Below, one piece after another: positions 53,613 through 64,000 of a stretch of DNA of 64,000 nt. This DNA comes from Sedimentisphaerales bacterium (GTDB lineage: Bacteria > Planctomycetota > Phycisphaerae > Sedimentisphaerales > Anaerobacaceae). Every line of letters begins with the position of its first letter. Within the stretch, counting starts at the first letter, position 1. The stretch covers positions 5,088,001 through 5,152,000 of the forward strand of contig OY970194.1 of the NCBI GenBank assembly GCA_963708075.1, given 5' to 3'. Both the position numbers and the translations under genes were made by a program. The notes beneath the pieces are model-generated. The model was given only the letters and a program-made list of their open reading frames with translations. It was not told the DNA's origin and searched no databases.

Positions 53613-54377
53613 GGGAAGAGGAGAGTCAGGTCAGGGGGTGGGGACGGGGCCGCATCTTTGATTATATAATTATTTGGGGAGAAGCGGCCGCGTAGTAAGA
53701 GGGCCAGCCCTCAAATTAACAATTAAGGCCTTGCGGAGCCAGTCGCGGGCGGGGAATGATGGGGACATTCTACTTCTCTCGGAGCCGGATGGCTTGAATT
53801 CGGAACGAGGAACCGAGAAGCGATACGTGACAAGGGACAAAGGGGGAGGACGGCGGAGCCCTCGGGAATACGGAGTGCGGATCGGTAGTCGGTTGCCGGT
53901 TGAAGCCCTGGATTCCCGCTTTCGCGGGAATGACATTGAACCCGCATGGGCTGAAGCCCATCCTACATCCTGGTTGTTCGTTGGAACCCTCTGCGGCCCT
54001 TGGCGGCCTCTGCGGTTAAACGATAGACTGCCGCGCTGCGCTCGCAATGACATGCATAATGCAGTTTTCGCGTGGTTCGCGTCCCCGGATCAGAGCCTGC
54101 CCTCGACTTGATCGAGGGTCGAGGGCAAGATTTCGCGGTTTCCATATCGGCGTTCATCTGCGGTTGCATCTTCTCCGTGTCCTCTGCGTCTCCGTGGTGA
54201 AAGAACCTGGATTCCCGCCTTCGCGGGAATGACATGAGGGGACCGTGGTTTGGCGAAACCTGGATTGCCGTGCAATCGTAGAATACGTTGCCACTTGGCA
54301 CCAGGAAAAGGGCCGGCGGACGATGAAGTCTGCCGGCCCTTGTGTGTCTGGTGATTCGGTTGGGACACCTGTTGCGG

Positions 54378-57342
54378 CTACTGCGAAAGCGGATGGCCGT
54401 AGCCGATGTCGTCGATGAACAGTATGCCGGCGCTGCCTGCCTTCGGACTACTCCGGTCGCCAATCCCGATGGTCATCTTCTTGATGGCGGCGGTGTTTAT
54501 GCCCGTGAGGTCCTTCAGCGGAATACGCCACTCGGTCCAGTCAACCACGCACGTGGCCTTCGGATCGGGATGAACGATCGTCTTCGACTTGCCGGTGTTG
54601 TCCTGGACGATGACATACAACGAGTCGGGTTTGTTCGCGGGCTGAGCGACGCCGACGTCGGCCGTCTGCCATGCACCCGTGACGGCGCCGGTGGTCTTGA
54701 TCTGGGAGAAGTCCGCCACGGCAAGGTTGCCTGCCGAGTTGCTGCAGACCACCATACCCACATAGACGCTGGCGGGCATGGTGATCGTCGCCGAGGACGG
54801 CGAGCCATCGGTCGCTGCCAGCTTCGTCCAGGTCGTTCCGTTCGCCGAGTACTCGCCGGTGAACACGTTGCCCACGCGCGTGACCCGCAGCCAGACCGGC
54901 AGCGGATTGGCATTGGCCGCCGTGTTGAACCCCACGGTGGTCGTGCTGTTCGTCATGTTGCGGTACATCCACTCGACGAGGCTCTGCTGTGCGGCACTGA
55001 TCATATGGACCTGCATGGCCAGCGGATCGAGGCTCTCACGAATCATCACGCCGGACTTCGTCCAATTGGCCGCGGTTTGAACGCTGTCCACGCGGACGGT
55101 CATCGAGCCGTCGCCGCTGAGCTTCTTGTAGGCGAAGCGGAACTCGTCCGTGCCCATGTAGATGTCCGCGCCCTCGCCGCTCAGGGTGATGCCCGAAGCG
55201 GTTTCCACAAGGGCCGCCGGCCTGCCCCGGAACCACAGGCTCAGATCGGTGGCGCCGTTGGCCATCCAGTTCTGGGTCGCGTCGAAGGTGCGTTCGGCCT
55301 CGGAGTAGTAGGGAGTGTTCACGTTGTTGTATTCCACGGGCATGGCCTGTCTGCCGCCATGAACGATCGAGGTCTCCACGATGGTGCCCGCCGTGGGGTC
55401 ATAGCCGACAAACGAGCCCGAGCTGTTGCCCGGATTGCCCTGCGGGAAGAACTCGTCCTTGGAGAAGCCCGCGCCGTCGATCCACGCCTGGAAGAGGCGG
55501 TTGGGCGAGTCATTGGTATAGCTCTCGAAGTCATCCAGGATGACGTACTCGAGGGTGGAGAAGCTCCAGAGGTCGCCCGGCCAGGTGACGGTGTTGACCT
55601 CATCGACCTTCCAGTAGTAGGTCGTGCCGAAGTTCAGACTGCCGGGGTCATAGCTGTGCTCGGTCGCCGTTCTGGCGGGAACGGTTCCGCCGGCCACAGC
55701 GGCCTGATCGGCGCCGAAGAACACCTGATGCGAGGTGGCAAAGCGACCCGGTCGCCAATTCAGGCCGGCATCCAGGCTGACGCCCGTCGCGCCGGCGGCC
55801 GGCTGCGGCATAAAGGCCTGCGTCGGGATGTACGAGAAGCGGACCTCGGCCAAGCCGGTTATCGAAGTGACGCCCCAGTTGCTGCTGATCGTCAGGCGGA
55901 CGAACTTCGCCTGCACGTCATGCAAATCGACAGTGGACCCGGCGTAGGTGTCGGAGCCGCTGGCCTGCGGAAACTCCACGGTATCCAACGGCGTCCACGT
56001 TGCGCCGTCCAGGGAGTATTCGATCAGGACGCCCTTGGCACCAAAGCCAAGGGGCCCCTCGAGGCTCCGGTTCGAGTTCCACACCTTCATCTGCCGAATG
56101 ATGTAGGGCTTATCGAAAGCGTAGCTGATCCAGGCCGGCAGCTTGAGGGTCAGGCTGCTGAGCCACATATCCGTGTCCGCCGTCGAGTGTTCACCGCCGG
56201 CTTTGAGGCCTGACCCGTCGGTGGTCTTCCCCGGCCCCATATCTTTGGCCGACGAGCTGGCGGTGGCTGTCACAGACTGGATCGTATACGTGTAGGGTTC
56301 CGTGGTGAAGTTCCAGACGTAACCCTTGTAGATCCCGGAATCCGGCGCAGCGTTGACCTCATCGACTCGCCAGTAATAGGTCGTGCCGAAGGCGAGATTC
56401 GCCGGATCGAATTCCGTAGCCGTCCGGCCCTGGCCCACCAGCACGCTCATGGGATTGTCTCGCGAGGCATCGTTGACAGCATCGAACGCCGTGCCGAGAT
56501 AGACATCGTGGCTCACCGCGTAGTTGCCCGGGCTCCATGAGAGCATCGTGTCCACCGGCACATCCTCAGCACGGTTTGCCGGACTCGGACCACGGCTGAG
56601 TCCCTTCGGCAGTGCCGGGTCGGACGAGAGAATCAGATGCCCGAATCCCAGACTCTGGTCGTGCGCTTCCCGGCTGGTCCAGGTCATCTGGATTTCCCGG
56701 TCCGCGGCCTCCGTGTCATCGATCACGGGGTGAAAACCGATGACATTGCCTGCGGTAAACTGCAATGCGCTCATTCGTCCGTATTCGATAGAGAACCTCG
56801 CAGACGTACCCATCGGCAGTGGTCTTGGCGGCCGCCTGCATGTAATCCGGCAGGACCTGACCGGCGCTGTCCATGTTGTCCCAGTTCCATTTCTGAGCAT
56901 TGGCATTGAAACCGTACTGGTAATGGATACTGGCTGTATGTGTTGCCACTGCGTCTGTCGTGGAGAAGAGCACTTCTATACAGTCGGCATTCCAGATATT
57001 GCCGTCGGTCTTATTCATGGATAGCTTGTCGTCTTTCACCACCACGGCGAGGTAGATCTTCGTGCTATCCCACAGCAGATAGAATTTTCCGCTGCAGTCC
57101 GCCGGGTCGGTCCAGCTCGCCTGTCCCGTGTTAATTTGCCCGGCCACATCCAGAACGGCCGGGGTCATCGCTTCCAGATTCCAGTCGCTCAGGTCTCCGT
57201 CGATGGCATCCGGAGTGCCCTTGAGACATGTTATCACCAGTGGTTCCTTAGTCACTGGGTGCACGGCAGGGTCGGCCGCCATCGCCAGACTTGAGCCAAG
57301 CAGAGTGAATACCCCCACACAAAGCCACGTCTTCGCTAACAT
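54378..57342 (-). CDS. large secreted carbohydrate-binding protein (CBM9-like + discoidin/F5-8-like modules); frameshift near 56795
   Basis: Signal peptide; AIDGDLSDW...YLLWDSTKIYLAVVVKDD; repeated HDVYLG/TTYYWRVDEVN; MKVWNSN, GLAEVRF. Confidence 0.8.
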
Positions 57343-57951
57343 TGTTGGTCCTCCCTTCGATTGAGCCTACTGAATTGTGTTGTTATGGCATTCACCGGGA
57401 CCGACTCAGTACGGTCCCACAGGGCGAAATATATGCAGGGTCACCTTCCTTCCGAAAAGATGATGTGCAGAGCTATCATGGAACAAACCTGGACGCGAGA
57501 CAGGTGTGGATTCAGCACATCTACCCTTGAAGCACGTGTATAACAGTCCACATTGCATGAGGGCCTCCGAATCCGATTCGCCGCACGGTCGCCCACTCCA
57601 AACCGTTGTGACACCGTTAAGAACCCACACGTCCGTAAGCTCTTATATCAAATCCCGCCCCCTAACGCAATAGGATTTCAGTCCAGGCTCTGTCCGAAGA
57701 CAGCGAGTTGAGATATCGCTGCGGAATGGCGGGGACAGCCGGGAAGGGCGGTGCTTTAAGGAGATGGGTGAGCTCAGAACCCTCATTTCTGAGCCAGGAA
57801 TGCACATTTGCAGTACTCACGGCACCTTCCGGAACCGCCATTCGGGACAGAAGTCTATTAAAGACCCAGATAATCGGTGACTGTCAATAGTCCGTGCACA
57901 GGCAGTTCCCCGGCCGGGACAGGTCCACCCTCGGGATGGCGTCGGCCGCGA

Positions 57952-58485
57952 TCAGACCTGCAAGTCATCCGCCGCTGGGCGTCGGGTCAGTTTGCTGAAG
58001 CGTTTCTCCAAGCGTTTCTGCACGCTCGGCGGGATCAGGTTGGACAGGTCGCCGCCCAGGGAGGCGATCTCGCGAATCAGCGTGGAGCTGGTAAAGCCGT
58101 ACTGCTCGCTGGTCATGATGAAGACCGTCTCGATCCCCGCCACCGCCCGGTTGGTCATCGCGAGCTGAAACTCATACTGGACGTCGGTCAGGCTGCGGAG
58201 GCCGCGAAGGATGACGTCGGCCTTCCGCTTGGCGGCGTACTCGACCGTCAGGCCCTCGAAACTCTCCACGCGGACGCCCGGCAGGTCGGTGATCAGCTCC
58301 GCGATCATCTCGACCCGTTCCTCGGGTGTGAAAAGCTGGTTCTTGACGGGACTTCGCCCGACGGCGATGATCAGCTCGTCGAACAGCCGCATCGCACGCT
58401 TGACCACGTCCAGATGCCCGTTCGTGATCGGGTCGAACGAACCGGGAAAAATCGCTCTGACAAATCTATGCTCCATCCCGGACAT
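57952..58485 (-). CDS. coaD: phosphopantetheine adenylyltransferase
   Basis: AIFPGSFDPITNGHLDV, LRGLRSLTD..YE, SSTLIREIASLGG. Confidence 0.96.
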   Translation of the reverse strand: MSGMEHRFVRAIFPGSFDPITNGHLDVVKRAMRLFDELIIAVGRSPVKNQLFTPEERVEMIAELITDLPGVRVESFEGLTVEYAAKRKADVILRGLRSLTDVQYEFQLAMTNRAVAGIETVFIMTSEQYGFTSSTLIREIASLGGDLSNLIPPSVQKRLEKRFSKLTRRPAADDLQV

Positions 58486-58993
58486 TATAAGCCACTACAC
58501 TCCGCCCCGAAAGCCAAAATTGCCCAATCAGCCGCCCCCGCTCGGTGTGCACGACAGGATTGTGGAAGACCAAGCATGAGGTTGTGGCTGGCAGCGTAGC
58601 TTGTCCAGGCCCAATCTCAAGAATGTGGGACGTTGCCAACGAGTTGGGCGGTGCCACCCGGCGAGCGGGAGACTCTACGCTAAACACGTATGGACGTGGA
58701 TACACCCTTGTGATACAGGGATTTATAGCTGACAATCCTCGACGGAGGACCGGCAACCGCTCTTTCAACCACAGATGGACAGCCGTGGGCATAAATGAAC
58801 CCCTGACACCTTGATTCCCCCCTGAGTTGCCGACCCGAGCTGCTGAAATCGGATGCAGTACCCGGGTATCACGGGACATCTGCCGTGCAGGAGCACAGTC
58901 TATGAGGTCAAATGGGAAATCCCCGGCCAAAAGAGCTTGCTTAATGCCAAATTCCGGATATTGTTTATGGGTCGAAGGAATGAAGGATCTTCT

Positions 58994-60517
58994 ATGAATG
59001 TCTTCCTGATTTATGTTCGAGATGAGAACTTCTGCGGGTTACTTCCTGCAGAGTTGGATCAGTCACGGCCGGACGATGGGCGGGTCAAGGTGATGGCGTT
59101 TCCCCCCCTGGGGATTCAGACCCTCGCTCCGGTCCTGCGCCAGCGTGGACACCAGGTGCGGATGTTCGACACGTGTCACCCGCAGATGAAGGCGGAGCAC
59201 ATCGCCCAGGCGGTAGCGGCAGAACGGCCCGACGTCATTGCACTCTCCTTCCTCTCGACGACCACCTACCCGGCGGCCAAGCTGATGGCCAGGCGACTCA
59301 AGGCGGAAGCTGCGAAGATCCCGATCATCGCGGGGGGAGCGTTTGCCACCGGGAATTCGGACCGCATCCTGAGGGACTGCCCTGACATCGACTGCGTGGG
59401 TGTCGGCGAGGGCGAAGAGCTTCTGCCGGACTACTTGAATCACCTCGGCGATCCCGGCTCAGTGGCCGGTCTGGTCTGGCGTCATGAGGAGGAGATCATT
59501 CGGAATGCCCCACGTCCGTTGCTCCAGGACCTGGATCGGTATCCTTACCCCGACCGGACCAGTCTGCCCATCGATTACATTGAGTCGATGCCCCTGGACG
59601 TTCCCGCCGTCCTGTCCCTGGACAAGTTCTGCACCATGCAGACTTCGAGAGGCTGCCCCTATGGCTGTATCTACTGCGATATCCCGTCTCTCTCGCAGGG
59701 CAAGTGGCGATGCCGGTCCGCGGAGCATGTCCTGGGAGAGATGCAGCAACTGAACGACATGGGCTATCGCTCGATTTACCTTACCGATGACCACTTTTTA
59801 CTGAAGCGTGAGCGCATCAACGCCATCTGCAACGGCATCCTTGAACGTGGACTGGAATTTCGCTGGGGCTGCGAAGGGCGGGTCGATTCCGTGGCGATCG
59901 ATCAACTGCCGATCATGCGCAAGGCCCATTGCACCTTCCTGGCTTTTGGGGTGGAGGCGGGCACACAGAAAGTGCTGGACCGGCTGAAGAAGCATCAGAC
60001 CCTGGAGCAGGTGAAGAACGCGATCAGGAAAGCGAAGCAACATGGCATCGCCATGGTTCACGGGTTCTTTGTCATCGGCTCTCCCGGCGAGACCGCGGCG
60101 GACATTATGGAAAGCTTCCGCTTTGCCGCCCGGCTGGAACTGGACACCTTCGGCTTCAATCGCCTGTGCGTCTACCGGGGCACCCCGTTATGGAAGGAGT
60201 ACGTCACCCGCGGCATCATCGACGACGAGCGGGATTGGCACAAATGGTTCAAGTGCTCGGATATCGACCCAACCGTCCTGCCAAGTGCGGAGGTGAACCG
60301 TCTGCGCATGAAAGGCTACGGATGGCTTTTCGCTCACCGCATTTTCGGGCGTCCGATCCGAACCTTGAGGCTCCTGCGCACGTTCGGGCGATACATGAAG
60401 ACCTCTGATATGATCAAATTGCTTTTCAGTCCTTTTCGCCGGCGGACTTTGACCCGCCAGCCCGAGCTCCCGGCCAGGATGATCGATGGGGACTCGAAGA
60501 CCCCGCCTGGTCCGTGA
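58994..60517 (+). CDS. B12-binding radical SAM protein
   Basis: PPLGI, IIAGGAFAT, VGEGE, TSRGCPYGCIYC, FGVEAGTQKVL, GSPGET. Confidence 0.92.
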   Translation: MNVFLIYVRDENFCGLLPAELDQSRPDDGRVKVMAFPPLGIQTLAPVLRQRGHQVRMFDTCHPQMKAEHIAQAVAAERPDVIALSFLSTTTYPAAKLMARRLKAEAAKIPIIAGGAFATGNSDRILRDCPDIDCVGVGEGEELLPDYLNHLGDPGSVAGLVWRHEEEIIRNAPRPLLQDLDRYPYPDRTSLPIDYIESMPLDVPAVLSLDKFCTMQTSRGCPYGCIYCDIPSLSQGKWRCRSAEHVLGEMQQLNDMGYRSIYLTDDHFLLKRERINAICNGILERGLEFRWGCEGRVDSVAIDQLPIMRKAHCTFLAFGVEAGTQKVLDRLKKHQTLEQVKNAIRKAKQHGIAMVHGFFVIGSPGETAADIMESFRFAARLELDTFGFNRLCVYRGTPLWKEYVTRGIIDDERDWHKWFKCSDIDPTVLPSAEVNRLRMKGYGWLFAHRIFGRPIRTLRLLRTFGRYMKTSDMIKLLFSPFRRRTLTRQPELPARMIDGDSKTPPGP

Positions 60518-60699
60518 CACGCTCGCAGTGGCAACTGCATCCCAATCCGGCGTGGGAAGCCATCGTCTTCACGATGGGCAACGGCGGCTTGGGCCCCATT
60601 GCAGTTTCCACTTAGTTCCGGCAATTCCAGGCACGTCTTGCTTCGTTCGGTGTGCAGAGCACACCCTGCTATTCCGACTATTCTAATCTGGTGGATATC

Positions 60700-60793
60700 G
60701 GGTGGCAGCGGCAAGCGGAGTCTTCGGAGCTTGCCGATGGCGTGCAGGCGCAGACACGAGCCATCGGCAAGCTGGCGCTTGCCGCTGCCACCC
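60700..60793. repeat. palindromic REP-doublet (GGGTGGCA...TGCCACCC)
   Basis: GGGTGGCAGCGGCAAGC ... GCTTGCCGCTGCCACCC. Confidence 0.8.
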
Positions 60794-61024
60794 ATCGTAA
60801 CCGGTATTCTCTAAACACCATTTTAGAGTAGCCGGAGCACTACCCGCTGTCGCCGCATCTGTGAGGGGTGGCGGAAAAACAGGTCGGGGTAGGGACAGCG
60901 CGGTGAGTCGCGCGGGCCCTACCCCGAGTGAGACGGACGAGTCGTCCGCCTTTGTGTCGTTCTTCATGCGGCGAATCATGTTCTGCGTGATTCACCTGAA
61001 AGCGGCCTGGCGTGCGGTTGAGAC

Positions 61025-62493
61025 TTACGGCAGGCTGTTGCAGTCGAGGGCGTTGCACTCCAGCCAGTGGGCTTGGAGGAGGGTCAGGTCCTCATCGTTG
61101 ACCCTGCAGTCGCCGTTGATATCGCCGGGCAGCGGCTGATAGTCCGGCACCGATTTCGCCGCCTCACAACTGCTGCTGAAGACGCTGATGGTCACAGTAT
61201 CCGAACCGGCATACTCGCCGTCGTTGGCTTCAAGCTTCAGTTGGTAGGTGCCCAGCGCACTGAGCGTCACGGTTGCCGCTGTCTTATCCGCATTGGCAAT
61301 CACCGCCGGTATAGAGCCCTTGAAATCAGCCGCAGGGATCAGTTCATTGGGATCGTTGGGGTCATTGGGATCGAATGCACTGACGGTCCAACGTGTCGTA
61401 GTAGGATCGGCGTCCGTTACCGTACCTGCGATCGCCACGTTCACACTGCCGTTGTTCAGCCAAGCCCTTGCATTGTCACCGGCCTCGACCACGGGCGGCA
61501 GGTTGTCCACGTAGAAGTCAAAGATCGGTCCATAATTCGGGTCTTTCGCACCGGCAGCGTAGGTATCTACGGCCCAGTAGTACCGCTTCTTGCGATCCAC
61601 CTTCACTGTAGCAGAGGTCGCGGCTTTCTTCGTGACAATCAATTCGGCTGCACTGAGGTCCGCACTGGTGCCGAACCACACATCCACAAGCGTGCCCGCG
61701 GCCAGGGTCCAGTTCAGAGTGAGGTCACCCGCCGTGATGTTGTCGCCGTCGCCCGGCACCGGATTCAGGGGATGCAGCCCCTTGACGACGAGATTGTCCT
61801 TCACCTTCTCCACGATCACGGTTCCCTCGCCGTCGTAGGCTATGATGGTGCCGTTGGCGATGTTCGTGTTGATCATATTGGCACGAGCGTCAGAGTACGC
61901 CTGCGTCATCACGCCGCCGTGGAAATTCATGCTGGCCTTGGAGTTGCGCCGGCCCGGAAACGCAGCGGAAGTCCTGAAGTTGACAAAAGATTCAAGGCGC
62001 CGCCGCGGATCTCCACAGTCCCATCGCCGCCCGCTTCCTCGCCGATGCCGAGCTCCTGGGCGTTGAGATTGACAACGCCCGCGTAGTCAATCACCAACAT
62101 GGCGCGTCCCTGAAATCCTATGAACATGCGGGCATTGGCATTATACACGCCGCCCAGGACTTCCAGCAGATGAGGCTCTTCCGGGGCGCCCGCGTAGCCA
62201 ATGATGCTCCAGTCACGGACAGCCAGTTTCGCGCCGTCGACCAGGCGCAGGCGGCCGGCTCCGCCACCTTCTATCGCCACGTTCGTGATCGTACCCGCAT
62301 CGTAATCAAGAATGCAGAATCCACCATCCACGACTTGGGCCTTGTCATTCACGCCTGGAACAACCCCTAGGGTCCAGTTACCAGGGTCGCTCCACAGTTG
62401 GCTGACGGCCCCGCTAAAGCGGTCTTGCGCCGCGGACGCCATACCCGTAAGCAATAGGCCAATACACACCCCCAACATAATGCGCGATCTCAT
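61025..62493 (-). CDS. secreted protein with a C-terminal dockerin-like motif; frameshift near 61945
   Basis: Signal peptide, WSDPGNW, YYWAVD, PVVEAG PKD-like segment, DPNDPND, GDINGDCRVNDEDL; GGAGG RBS. Confidence 0.78.
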
Positions 62494-62543
62494 GACAGAT
62501 CCTCCTTCGAACAAAGATGAAACAACCTGACATTGACACATCG

Positions 62544-62816
62544 TCAATGATCACCGACAGATTCACCCGCTGGCTCAAGCTCCAGCGCCGCGTCACCATA
62601 GAAACTCAAATCGCCGACATTTTCTTCTCCGGCCAGACAGGCCAGAGTCAAGAACCGATCATCTGAATTCAAGAGAATCCGGACTTCAGGAATTGGCAGT
62701 GTGTGCATGGTAATGTCACGATGAAACTGCAGCTCACCATCCACGAGGACATAAAACTCAGAGGCCGGATCCTCGGAAAACCCGGAGACAGTCAGGTATT
62801 TCCGCCTTCTCTGGTC
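62544..62816 (-). pseudogene. C-terminal fragment, possibly NPCBM/NEW2-like
   Basis: SEFYVLVDGELQF...DRFLTLA...GDAALEL, with no start codon or RBS upstream of this segment. Confidence 0.35.
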
Positions 62817-63014
62817 TCACATATTCCTCGGCCTTCGCACCTCCACGGCCATCCCACACATTTCGGCCTCGTCACATCTATCCGGCCCACGAAGGGCCGC
62901 AACGCTCGTTTGTCGCAGCAGCACCAGGGCGTCTCCGGGGACTATTATGACCGATACGGGCGCAAGAGGCAAGAGAAAAGAAAACGGTTGTTGATTGTTA
63001 GCTGCCGGTTGTCA

Positions 63015-63190
63015 GCCCAAGTTACGCGTTTCCAACCGTGAATTGGCCTTCTTGATAGCGATAAGCGCGTTTTCTGCCGGAAGTCTTCACTCCATTTGTG
63101 GGAGCTCGTCGATCCGCCGGAGCCGCTGCGGCAAGGTCAGGCCCAAGCAGTGGAGCAACACTTTCTGGGCCTCATCCGCTGCCACCCGTA
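63015..63190 (-). mobile_element. IS1634-like right-end remnant
   Basis: DEAQKVLLHCLGLTLPQRLRRIDELPQM followed by about 70 bp ending GCGTAACTTGGG; resembles the IS1634 transposase C-terminus and end (recall). Confidence 0.5.
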
Positions 63191-63228
63191 AACACGATAT
63201 TCTCAATCATAATCCATGTCACCCGGCC

Positions 63229-64000
63229 TCACACGACGGGGCCGTAGCGGGGGCCGAGGGTGGGAGCGAGTTTCTGGCCATAGGCGAGCAACTCCGTCCG
63301 CTCGGCGTCGGTCAGGGGCTTGTAGCGGCGCGCCAGCTCCACGTTCTGGATCGCCTGCTCCATGGTGAACGGGCCGACGTTGGCGACGCTGACGCCCTCC
63401 AGGTCCAGGACGTACGCCAGGGCCTTGGGCAGCAGCTCGGCAGGGGTGTTGCAGCCGACCCAGCCCTTGCTGTGGTTGGGGAATCCGCCGCGGATGCCGG
63501 CGTAGACTTTCATCGCCACGACGCCGACGTTGCGCTTGCGGCACTCCGGCAGCACCTTGCCTTCGAAGTCGTAAATGTTGCGGTCTGCGTAGTTCATCAC
63601 GGCCATGAGCACGTCGATCTGGTCCGTTTCGAGCATGCGCACAAAGAGCCTCGGCCGGGCATGGCCGGAAATGCCGATAAAGCGGGTCTTCCCGGACTCC
63701 TTTTGCTTGAGCAGGTACTCCAGGATGCCGTCCCTGGCCAGCATTCGGGGGACTTCCTTGCCGCCGACGTGGTGGATGTGGACGAGGTCCACGTGGTCGG
63801 TCTTGAGTGTCCGCAAAGAGGTTCTCGAAGCTCTTCTGCGCCTGCTCGCCGGAATCGGTCCAGCACTTGGTGACGAGGAAGATCTTGTCCCGGCGGGCCG
63901 GCACGACCTGGCTGAGGGCCTCCTCCGCGATCCCGTAGCCCCGCGCCGTATCGACGTAGGTGACGCCGCGGTCGATCACCTCAGCGAATATCTTGGCCGC
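63229..64000 (-). CDS. aldo/keto reductase (5' end outside the window); frameshift near 63820
   Basis: GVTYVDTARGYG, FLVTK, LKTDHVDLVHIH, GKTRFIGISGH, VVAMKV. Confidence 0.88.

Noticed and set aside
54342..56213. 623-aa plus-strand ORF (similarly 13627..14925, 27466..28800, 37341..39110, 45675..46763)
   Set aside because: Each lies opposite a gene with clear family motifs and has no motifs of its own.

Overview
GC-rich bacterial chromosomal segment. Gene content suggests Planctomycetota, Phycisphaerae/Sedimentisphaerales-like (inference: PEP-CTERM proteins, McsA/McsB, large secreted discoidin/dockerin-like proteins). It is probably origin-proximal, since it carries parB with a parS cluster, yidC and mnmE. 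The housekeeping backbone is parB, purH, cysteine synthase, rsmB-fmt-def-lptB, yidC-mnmE, dnaK, mcsA-mcsB and coaD. Accessory genes are interleaved: two Zn-finger-HNH-AP2 paralogs, a PIN-TM-wHTH protein, an XhoI/PaeR7I-like restriction-modification pair, a DUF4160/DUF2442 toxin-antitoxin pair, a 5'-truncated PD-(D/E)xK nuclease and an ankyrin lipoprotein. The most striking signal is a dense set of short palindromic repeats. They are inserted in-frame inside rsmB and mnmE, nest inside each other, form about 300-bp inverted arms around the R-M/HNH block, and sit at the ends of accessory genes and at the breakpoints of truncated genes. This suggests a repeat-delimited gene capture/shuffling system, which remains a hypothesis because no cognate transposase is visible in the window. 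About ten single-base frameshifts, including three in lptB, are most likely sequencing errors. No rRNA, tRNA or CRISPR array was seen. All family assignments come from motif recognition by eye, not from database searches.
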